Assembly: GCA_965649825.1 (NCBI GenBank)
Contig: OZ287705.1
Coordinates: 700,990-764,989, forward strand
DNA: 64,000 nucleotides
Reading direction: 5' to 3'
Source: Penicillus capitatus
Taxonomy: Eukaryota > Plantae > Chlorophyta
The translations under genes were made by a program, and so were the position numbers. Under the pieces are notes generated by a model. The model saw nothing but the letters and a program-made list of their open reading frames with translations, was not told the origin of the DNA and did no database searches. Shown here one piece after another: positions 50,635 to 60,800 of the stretch (position 1 is the first letter of the stretch; each line of letters starts with the position of its first letter).

Positions 50635-50694
50635 GAAACTCCTTCGACGTGACTGAAACGCGCTCTCTGACGAGACGATCAAAACAGATCTCAG

Positions 50695-51618
50695 ATGAAG
50701 ACGTACGGACGACCGGCCTATGCGGCGAATCTATTCAAAGCTCCGGCAATCTGCGTCAGGGTTAAAAAGCACAGACAACCTGCACGCGTTACGAAACAGT
50801 GCACCCGTTCGTGCTCCGATGATCACCGACATCACGCCTATTATGTTCGTAGAAGAACGGTGTGCGATGCAGCCAAGCAGTTTACTCGGGAATCAGAATC
50901 TCCTGCTTCGCCCACAACATGGAAGCGGATTGTTAGTAAGCTAAGATTCTACGAGGTGCGCACGGGTAGAGAAGAGAGCGCACGATGATGCTTGAATTGG
51001 ACAGATCCAGTCCATTTCGTGCGATGGCCTGCTGTCAGCAAAGGCTTCTGGTGCTGCGGTCATCGACGTTCGGCCAAAGAAGGAATACGAATCGGTACGT
51101 CTTGCATGCGGTGCTGAATTCGAACCGTGTCCCAAATGAAGGGATTCATCGAAGATTCGATCAACATTCCATTGTACGAGTTGATCAAGGGATGGTAAGT
51201 GAATCTTTAGCCGCCTCTTCTGTTGTACTGATATGCACAGGTCACCAAGAAAGGCAGTAACACGGCTTGGCTTCTTGGCTTTTGGCGTACTGAATGGGAC
51301 GGAGTTGAACGAGAACTTCTTCGACGGTAACATGATACCACACATGTGTCTGTCGTCTACTGAGAGCAGAGGTGGAGCAGGTTGCCACTCCAGAAGATGA
51401 TATCATCCTCGTCTGCGGTCAAGGCGGAACAGTGCAACAGAATTCCGCCAACCAAGCCGTCTTCCCGTCGCGGTCATTCCTCTGCATATTTCTCTCTTTC
51501 TGATTCCTACAATCCGAGTAGATCGCTAATAGCTGCACATGAATTGATATGCAATGGATACAAGAATGTTCGAGTACTCCAATCTGGCGCAAGAGGATGG
51601 GACGAAGAAGGAAGGTGA
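50695..51618 (+). CDS. Chloroplast rhodanese-like domain protein, multi-exon
   Basis: Transit peptide, AVIDVRPKKEYE, GFAFFG..GTELNENF, IILVCGQGG, and SRSLIAAHELICNGYKNVRVLQSGARGW. Confidence 0.8.
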
Positions 51619-51888
51619 AGCCAAGAACATTCAACTCTCATGCTTCACGTGTTTTCACAGAGACATGCTGATGGTCGTGGACGAGTGAACAAACCACACA
51701 CTTCCGGCGGACCTTGCCTTCTTGAATATCGATATCGTTTCTCTGCGCTTGGATGACCTTTTATCCCTTTCAGTTTTGGTCCTGCAATCTGTTGCCAGAA
51801 AGGAGGCACTGAGAACGGCATTTAAGGAAGGATTAAACAAGTCCTATTTAGATGGCGAATCCGTCCATCGGTCATCCAATCGACAGGA

Positions 51889-52467
51889 CTATTGCGTCTT
51901 GGTTTTTGGATTCTTGATTGGTATGGATCGTATGATGAAAAGTGTTGTCTCCAACACCAGTCCAAAAACAAGACCAAGCACACCTCCCAGAGCTTGAAGC
52001 ACAGGGCTGTCAGCGAATGCCCTTGAACCAAAACTGCCAAGCAAGAAGAAAACGAGCATGGTTATGAGAACATGTGCACCAAAGGACAGCTGCATTCGAG
52101 CGTTTGGCAGAAAATTGAAGGAGTTGTCTTCGAAATCCCTCTTCGCGACGTTATGAACCATCTGCTGATACTTACGATCTTCTTCCTTTCTTCGGAGTTC
52201 TTCCAGCTTCTCCAAGAATTCCGGACTGTACTGTCGCTTTCTTGGTGGAGATACAACGATACGAGATCCTTTGCAGACTTCATTGATCCAAGGGCCGTCC
52301 TTCTCAGTGCCTCGAAGGGCCAGACAGCACTTCTTCACCAGGGCGAAGGGAACTGAAGCTTCTTTGCGAGACAGTCGTGCGTCTTCCTTCAGCGCCGGGG
52401 ATATGTCTGTGGCTTCGTCTACCATTGTCAGCAGCTCACAAAGCGTATTCGTCATTGAGACGCGCAT
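51889..52467 (-). CDS. VMA12: V-ATPase assembly factor Vma12/TMEM199, intronless
   Basis: SPEFLEKLEELRRKEEDRKYQQMVHNV, then QLSFGAHVLITMLVFFLLG and GGVLGLVFGLVLETTLFIIR (two transmembrane helices). Confidence 0.85.
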   Translation of the reverse strand: MRVSMTNTLCELLTMVDEATDISPALKEDARLSRKEASVPFALVKKCCLALRGTEKDGPWINEVCKGSRIVVSPPRKRQYSPEFLEKLEELRRKEEDRKYQQMVHNVAKRDFEDNSFNFLPNARMQLSFGAHVLITMLVFFLLGSFGSRAFADSPVLQALGGVLGLVFGLVLETTLFIIRSIPIKNPKTKTQ

Positions 52468-52837
52468 ATTTCGTGACGACCCACCACCCCTCTCGAAACG
52501 CAAGCCGCTGAGCTCTTGACGGGACAGCACAGAAAGCCGTTGGCGAATAGCGTCCGTAGTCAACGCAGTCAATGTGTGTACGTTCGTACTCGTGATGCTC
52601 TGGTATTGTCGTCTTCGAAGTTGCCTTCGAAGTCATCTCTTTTCGACCCGGCCGTTCTGCCATCCATCTGCCTTCGTTTATCACACGCATAAACACGTAC
52701 TTGACGATTGTTTCGCTTTTGGACTTAACAACACGTTGAAATAAGCCTGATGCAGTCGGAAACGATTCTGCATCGTTTTTTGCAATCTCTATATAAACTC
52801 TAAAGCAATGCCTGAGTTGGTTTCTGCTAGTTGACAT
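52436..52837 (-). CDS. Possible small protein (LYR-like start)
   Basis: MSTSRNQLRHCFRVYIEIAKNDAESFP loosely resembles LYR-motif proteins. The 3' structure is unresolved. Confidence 0.25.
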   Translation of the reverse strand: MSTSRNQLRHCFRVYIEIAKNDAESFPTASGLFQRVVKSKSETIVKYVFMRVINEGRWMAERPGRKEMTSKATSKTTIPEHHEYERTHIDCVDYGRYSPTAFCAVPSRAQRLAFREGWWVVTKYARLNDEYAL

Positions 52838-53332
52838 GTGGATGGAGGTTGCATACGAGAGTCCAAATGGACGGTCGGACAAGATCGTTTGCGGTGGGAG
52901 AAGGGTGGGAACAACGACGCGTCCGGCGATAAACCAGTACGGATGTTATCGCGTGGAGTCAGTCGATTACCGGACATGAAGAACAGGTGGAGATGTTCTC
53001 GAGGAGTCTGCCTGAATGTATGGTTCCGTGAAAGCGAAAGATATCGTCTTCATAAAGAATGTTAATCCAGACATGATGGTAGCGGAGCTGAAGTCTGTCC
53101 GTCACCTGAGGATATCGAGAATGAGTCTGTGTCTGAACTATGGTCCTTTGTTTGCAACCCACCTCTTATGTGCCATTGAGTGAAGTGCAGCTAGTGTGAT
53201 AAGGACGTCATCGCGATATGGTGCTGTGAAGCGTGGTTGAAGGGGTGGCGCACTTTCCGTGTGCTGCTATGTAGAGTGAAGCTGGCGTGATGTAGACGTC
53301 ATCTTTTGCGCTGTAGCGAGGAAAGTTGGGTG

Positions 53333-54899
53333 ATGCTGGTGCCATCGAAAGCACATCCATGTACCATATCCTGTGGGGCAGAGTGTGACCAATACCTGAC
53401 CTCATTTCCTGTGTATCCGTGCCTACCTGAATGCTCCTCATGTAACGAAGAAGCCGATGTTCCATCCGGTGATGAAATGACTGCATTTGACCATTGCGAC
53501 GTCATCAACTACGTTCGGAAAAGCCACATTCGTTTGCGGGAATATGGAACGACGCGCGTCTCAGTTCGCTCAACCCTAGGTCTTTGAGCCGTTCTGCGAC
53601 ACCGTCGGATGCTTTCCCGCCGACTGCAGAGAAGATTCCTTTTTTGTGGAGCTCGATACGTCGATCCTTGGCGAGTTTGGTCAACTATCCGCGGTCGCCA
53701 AAGCGCAACATCCGCAACAAGTCCTCGTCATCGTGGCGGTAAATTCCTCTCCATTGCGTCCACAAGGGGCAGTGCTTTTGTGCATTTAAGAACTGGATGA
53801 GAAGAGCATTGACGAACATCCAGTATCTCATGGACGAGCATACGATCCTGGAAAAACTCTCCAAGATATGCGTGAAAGATACCAAAGAGCTGCCGTGCGT
53901 CGATCCGAACACCGTCGACATCGACATCGTTCCACAGGTTGTGTGTGTCCCGAGAGCCGATCGGGTTCATTTTCACATCTACAGATCTGCCACATCATGA
54001 AAGTGCTGACGCAGCAAATAGAAGACTGTGACGATGTCAACCTTAAACAGGTGCACGAACAGGCACAGTTGAACATTTTGTCTCTACAGAAGCTATGTGC
54101 ATGCAGGTTGTCCTATACTTTACCGAATCTGTGTGCCGCATCGTGGTATCTCTGGACCGAGCGGATTCCGATTTGAAGCGCATTCTACCTATTCTGGATT
54201 ATACATTTAAAGCGGTAGAATCGTTGCTGCTTTCTCGAAAGTAAAGATTTGCGCGTTCTTTCAATGTCTCACATATTCATGTGTCCTTGGTTGGCTGAAT
54301 TTGGCTGAATTTGACTGAATTCTGTGTCACGGAACGATCATGAAGACCTGTTCAAACATTTCGCGTCAGTGGTCGTTAAACTGTCTGAAATTATTCTTCA
54401 AGGACGCGCGAGAGAGAAAACTGCAAGCACCGCCTGCCATCACCTGACTGGACTGGGTCTTGATGATTTTCATTCACGGCTGAAAATCATTATGGTTTGT
54501 GTTCAGGAAAGAAGTGTTTCTCAGAAGCCATGCACCAAGCCGACGACGGAAAATAATAAACGCGCTGTCCTGCTCGGTTGGTTGCTCAAGTACGAAGAAC
54601 AAAGCGACGATTTTCTCAGACCGCATGCTGTCCTTGAGTACTCTCAATTGGCCAGAATTGCATCCCGTTCTATACGTGACAAAGGCTTTCTGAGGAACCG
54701 CGTCTACACCCTTTGTTCCTGTGTCCGCCAAGGGGAGTTTCTAGACCGAAATTCGCCGTTGCTCTCCACAGAGCCCTCGCGCACATCAGGTTGCAACCTG
54801 ATCCGTAAGTACGATTTCGAAGTGCAAGATGCCGGCGCGACACGCTGCAGGCGCGTGTGGAAGTTGTCGGCCGGACCCATTAGGTGCGGTTGGATTTGA
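53333..54899 (+). CDS. Hypothetical spliced gene abutting the satellite
   Basis: Helical, protein-like frames (EDSFFVELDTSILGEF; LTNIQYLMDEHTILEKL; DLFKHFASVVVKLSEIIL) with GT-AG junctions. The last ORF ends inside the degenerate satellite edge unit. Confidence 0.42.
54290..54322. repeat. Three copies of a 10-bp minisatellite (TTGGCTGAAT)
   Basis: ttggctgaat ttggctgaat ttgactgaat read directly. Confidence 0.8.
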
Positions 54900-57800
54900 A
54901 TTCGGCGGTAGAAATCGTCAGGTTTGGCGTATCCGACGGTCAGGGTGAAATTCCGGCTCGGCCAACGGAGGGCCGATAGTGCGCGAAGTCTGCCGTTGAG
55001 GGGTCGTAACACCTCTAAGAGCGTGTTGGGTGCGGATGGCGGGTCGCCCATCCCACCCCATTGGCGTCTTGGTGCGCCCAAGTGCTGGAGCCCAGCGGCA
55101 CATCAGGTGTAACCTGACCTGTGAGTACGATCTGGAAGTGCACGATGCCGCCGGCGACACGGTCGAGCGAGGGTGGGGATGGGTCGGCGGGGTCGAGTGG
55201 ATGCCGACGGACCCTTGATTGGAGCCCGACGGCGGCGTGCTCGGCCTGTGGCGCGGTATTTCCGGATTCGACATTTCGGCAGATTGCGGCCGACGGAGGG
55301 CCCACCGTCGGCAATCTTCGACGCAGACGGGTGCGGGACGCCTAGGGACACGTCGCGGATGCCAATCACCGGAGGCTCGTTTGGCTTTGGGCGGTGTCGT
55401 ACGGGGTTGAAATCGTGGCGGTTACGTCGCATCAGGTGTAACCTGGCCTGTCAGTACGATCTGGAAGTGCACGATGACGCCGGCGACACGGTCGAGCGAG
55501 GGTGGGGATGGGTCGGCGGGGTCGAGTGGATGCGGACGGACCCTTGGTTGGAGCCCGACGGCGGCGTGCTCGGCCTGTGGCGCGGCCTTTCCGGATTCGA
55601 CATTTCGGCAGATTGCGGCCGACGGAAGGCCCACCGTCGGCAGTCTTCGACGCAGACGGGTGCGGGACGCCTCGGGACACACCGCGGATGCCGATCGGTG
55701 CAAGCTCGTTTGGCTTTGGGCGGTGTCGTACGGGGTTGAAATCGTGGCGGTTACGTCGCATCAGGTGTAACCTGGCCTGTCAGTACGATCCGGAAGTGCA
55801 CGATGACGCCGGCGACACGGTCGAGCGAGGGTGGGGATGTGTCGGCGGGGTCGAGTGGATGCGGACGGACCCTTGGTTGGAGCCCGACGGCGGCGTGCTC
55901 GACCTGTGGCGCGGCCTTTCCGGATTCGACATTTCGGCAGATTGCGGCCCACGGAGGGCCCACCGTCGGCAGTCTTCGACGCAGACGGGTGCGGGACGCC
56001 TCTGGACTCGCCGCGGATGCCGATCACCGGAGGTTCGTTTGGCTCTGGGCGGTGTCGTACTTGGTTGAAATCGAGGCCGTTACGTCGCATCAGGTGTAAC
56101 CTGGCCTGTCAGTACGATCTGGAAGTGCACGATGACGCCGGCGACACGGTCCAGCGAGGGCGGGGATGTGTCGGCGGGGTCGAGTGGATGCCGGAGGACC
56201 CTTGGTTGGAGCCCGACGGCGGCGTCCTCGGGCTGTGGCGCGGCGTTTCCGGATTCGACATTTCGGCAGACCACGGCCCACGGAGGGCCCACCGTCGGCA
56301 GTCTTCGACGCAGACGGGTGCGGGACGCCTCGGGACACGTCGCGGATGCCGATCACCGGAGGTTCGTTTGGCTTTGGGCGGTGTCGTACTTGGTTGAAAT
56401 CGAGGCCGTTACGTCGCATCAGGTGTAACCTGGCCTGTCAGTACGATCTGGAAGTGCACGATGACGCCGGCGACACGGTCCAGCGAGGGCGGGGATGTGT
56501 CGGCGGGGTCGAGTGGATGCCGGCGGACCCTTGGTTGGAGCCCGACGGCGGCGTCCTCGGGCTGTGGCGCGGCGTTTCCGGATTCGACATTTCGGCAGAT
56601 TGCGGCCCACGGAGGGCCCACCGTCGGCAGTCTTCGACGCAGACGGGTGCGGGACGCCTCGGGACTCGCCGCGGATGCCAATCGGTGGAGGCTCGTTTGG
56701 CTTTGGGCGGTGTCGTACGGAGTTGAAATCGTGGCCGTTACGTCGCATCAGGTGTAACCTGGCCTGTCAGTACGATCTGGAAGTGCACGACGACGCCGGC
56801 GACACGGTCGAGCGAGGGTGGGGATGTGTCGGCGGGGTCGAGTGGATGCTGTAGGACCCTTGGTTGGAGCCCGACGGCGGCGTCCTCGGGCTGTGGCGCG
56901 GCCTTTCCGGATTCGACATTTCGGCAGATTGCGGCCGACGGCGGGCCCACCGTCGGCAATCTTCGACGCAGACGGGTGCGGGACGCCTCGGGACTCGCCG
57001 CGGATGCCAATCGGTGGAGGCTCGTTTGGCTTTGGGCGGTGTCGTACGGAGTTGAAATCGAGGCCGTTACGTCGCATCAGGTGTAACCTGGCCTGTCAGT
57101 GACTCGCAGAAGTGCACGACGACGCCGGCGACACGGTCGAGCGAGGGTGGGGATGTGTCGGCGGGGTCGAGTGGATGCTGTAGGACCCTTGGTTGGAGCC
57201 CGACGGCGGCGTGCTCGGGCTGTGGCGCGACCTTTCCGGATTCGACATTTCGGCACACTGCGGCCGACGGAGGGCCCACCGTCGGCAGTCTTCGACGCAG
57301 ACGGGTGCGGGACGCCTCGGGACACACCGCGGATGCCAATCGGTGGAGGCTCGTTTGGCTCTGGGCGGTGTCGCACTTGGTTGAAATCGAGGCCGTTACG
57401 TCGCATCAGGTGTAACCTGGCCTGTCAGTACGATCTGGAAGTGCACGATGACGCCGGCGACGCGGTCGAGCGAGGGCGGCAATGTGTCGGCGGGGTCGAG
57501 TGGATGCCGACGGACCCTTGGTTGGAGCCCGACGGCGGCGTGCTCGGGCTGTGGCGCGACCTTTCCGGATTCGACATTTCGGCACACTGCGGCCGACGGA
57601 GGGCCCACCGTCGGCAGTCTTCGACGCAGACGGGTGCGGGACGCCTCGGGACACACCGCGGATGCCAATCGGTGGAGGCTCGTTTGGCTCTGGGCGGTGT
57701 CGCACTTGGTTGAAATCGAGGCCGTTACGTCGCATCAGGTGTAACCTGGCCTGTCAGTACGATCTGGAAGTGCACGATGACGCCGGCGACGCGGTCGAGC

Positions 57801-60800
57801 GAGGGCGGCAATGTGTCGGCGGGGTCGAGTGGATGCCGACGGACCCTTGGTTGGAGCCCGACGGCGGCGTGCTCGGGCTGTGGCGCGACCTTTCCGGATT
57901 CGACATTTCGGCAGACCGCGGCCGACGGAGGGCCCACCGTCGGCAGTCTTCGACGCAGACGGGTGCGGGACGTCTCGGGACACACCGCGGATGCCGATCG
58001 GTGCAAGCTCGTTTGGCTTCGGGCGGTGTCGTACTTGGTTGAAATCGAGGCCGTTACGTCGCATCAGGTGTAACCTGGCCTGTCAGTACGATAAGGAAGT
58101 GCACGATGACGCCGGCGACGCGGTCGAGCGAGGGCGGCAATGTGTCGGCGGGGTCGAGTGGATGCCGACGGACCCTTGGTTGGAGCCCGACGGCGGCGTC
58201 CTCGGGCTGTGGCGCGACCTTTCCGGATTCGACATTTCGGCAGACCGCGGCCGACGGAGGGCCCACCGTCGGCAGTCTTCGACGCAGACGGGTGCGGGAC
58301 GTCTCGGGACACACCGCGGATGCCGATCGGTGCAAGCTCGTTTGGCTTTGGGCGGTGTCGTACTTGGTTGAAATCGAGGCCGTTACGTCGCATCAGGTGT
58401 AACCTGGCCTGTCAGTACGATCTGGAAGTGCACGATGACGCCGGCGACGCGGTCGAGCGAGGGTGGGGATGGGTCGGCGGGGTCGAGTGGATGCGGACGG
58501 ACCCAAGTTTGGCGACCGACGGCGGCGTTCTCGGGCTGTGGCGCGGCCTTTCCGGATTCGACATTTCGGCAGATTGCGGCCCACGGAGGGCCCACCGTCG
58601 GCAGTCTTCGACGCAGACGGGTGCGGGACGCCTCGGGACACACCGCGGATGCCGATCGGTGCAAGCTCGTTTGGCTCTGGGCGGTGTCGTACTTGGTTGA
58701 AATCGTGGCGGTCACGTCGCATCAGGTGTAACCTGGCCTGTCAGTACGATCTGGAAGTGCACGATGCCGCCGGCGACACGGTCGAGCGAGGGTGGGAATG
58801 TGTCGGCGGGGTCGAGTGGATGCTGACGGACCCTTGGTTGGAGCCCGACGGCGGCGTGCTCGGGCTGTGGCGCGACCTTTCCGGATTCGACATTTCGGCA
58901 GATTGCGGCCCACGGAGGGCCCACCGTCGGCAGTCTTCGACGCAGACGGGTGCGGGACGCCTCTGGACTCGCCGCGGATGCCGATCACCGGAGGTTCGTT
59001 TGGCTCTGGGCGGTGTCGTACTTGGTTGAAATCGAGGCCGTTACGTCGCATCAGGTGTAACCTGGCCTGTCAGTACGATCTGGAAGTGCACGATGACGCC
59101 GGCGACACGGTCCAGCGAGGGCGGGGATGTGTCGGCGGGGTCGAGTGGATGCCGGAGGACCCTTGGTTGGAGCCCGACGGCGGCGTCCTCGGGCTGTGGC
59201 GCGGCGTTTCCGGATTCGACATTTCGGCAGACCACGGCCCACGGAGGGCCCACCGTCGGCAGTCTTCGACGCAGACGGGTGCGGGACGCCTCGGGACACG
59301 TCGCGGATGCCGATCACCGGAGGTTCGTTTGGCTTTGGGCGGTGTCGTACTTGGTTGAAATCGAGGCCGTTACGTCGCATCAGGTGTAACCTGGCCTGTC
59401 AGTACGATCTGGAAGTGCACGACGACGCCGGCGACACGGTCGAGCGAGGGTGGGGATGGGTCGGCGGGGTCGAGTGGATGCCGACGGACCCTTGGTTGGA
59501 GCCCGACGGCGGCGTGCTCGGGCTGTGGCGCGACCTTTCCGGATTCGACATTTCGGCACACTGCGGCCGACGGAGGGCCCACCGTCGGCAACCTTCGACG
59601 CAGACGGGTGCGGGACGCCTCGGGACACGTCGCAGATGCCAATCGGTGGAGGCTCGTTTGGCTCTGGGCGGTGTCGTACGGAGTTGAAATCGTGGCGGTC
59701 ACGTCGCATCAGGTGTAACCTGGCCTGTCAGTACGATCTGGAAGTGCACGACGACGCCGGCGACGCGGTCCAGCGAGGGTGGGGATGTGTCGGCGGGGTC
59801 GAGTGGATGCCGACGGACCCTTGGTTGGAGCCCGACGGCGGCGTCCTCGGGCTGTGGCGCGGCCTTTCCGGATTCGACATTTCGGCAGATGACGGCCGAC
59901 GGAGGGCCCACCGTCGGCAGTCTTCGACGCAGACGGGTGCGGGACGCCTCGGGACACACCGCGGATGCCAATCGGTGGAGGCTCGTTTGGCTCTGGGCGG
60001 TGTCGTACGGAGTTGAAATCGAGGCCGTTACGTCGCATCAGGTGTAACCTGGCCTGTCAGTGACTCGCAGAAGTGCACGACGACGCCGGCGACACGGTCG
60101 AGCGAGGGTGGGGATGTGTCGGCGGGGTCGAGTGGATGCCGACGGACCCTTGGTTGGAGCCCGACGGCGGCGTGCTCGGCCTGTGGCGCGACCTTTCCGG
60201 ATTCGACATTTCGGCACACTGCGGCCGACGGAGGGCCCACCGTCGGCAGTCTTCGACGCAGACGGGTGCGGGACGCCTCGGGACACACCGCGGATGCCAA
60301 TCGGTGGAGGCTCGTTTGGCTCTGGGCGGTGTCGCACTTGGTTGAAATCGAGGCCGTTACGTCGCATCAGGTGTAACCTGGCCTGTCAGTACGATCTGGA
60401 AGTGCACGATGACGCCGGCGACGCGGTCGAGCGAGGGCGGCAATGTGTCGGCGGGGTCGAGTGGATGCCGACGGACCCTTGGTTGGAGCCCGACGGCGGC
60501 GTGCTCGGGCTGTGGCGCGACCTTTCCGGATTCGACATTTCGGCAGATTGCGGCCCACGGAGGGCCGACCGTCGGCAGTCTTCGACGCAGACGGGTGCGG
60601 GACGCCTCGGGACACGTCGCGGATGCCAATCGGTGGAGGCTCGTTTGGCTTTGGGCGGTGTCGTACTTGGTTGAAATCGTGGCGGTCACGTCGCATCAGG
60701 TGTAACCTGGCCTGTCAGTACGATCTGGAAGTGCACGATGACGCCGGCGACACGGTCGAGCGAGGGTGGGAATGTGTCGGCGGGGTCGAGTGGATGCCGA

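Noticed and set aside
52959-53508. Minus-strand ORFs 52959-53162 and 53208-53486 as a gene or viral remnant
   Set aside because: No recognisable motif, and they overlap a more protein-like plus-strand frame.
1-54785. Non-standard genetic code (TAA/TAG = Gln, as in some ulvophytes)
   Set aside because: HOP2, USP, the EXD3-like gene and the lectin end at TAG or TAA at expected positions, and no in-frame TAR interrupts conserved domains.
55432-55761. 329-bp monomer as a dimer of roughly 165-bp subrepeats
   Set aside because: Only short words (GGATGC, GACGCC..GACAC) recur, and at inconsistent spacings (158 versus 190 nt).
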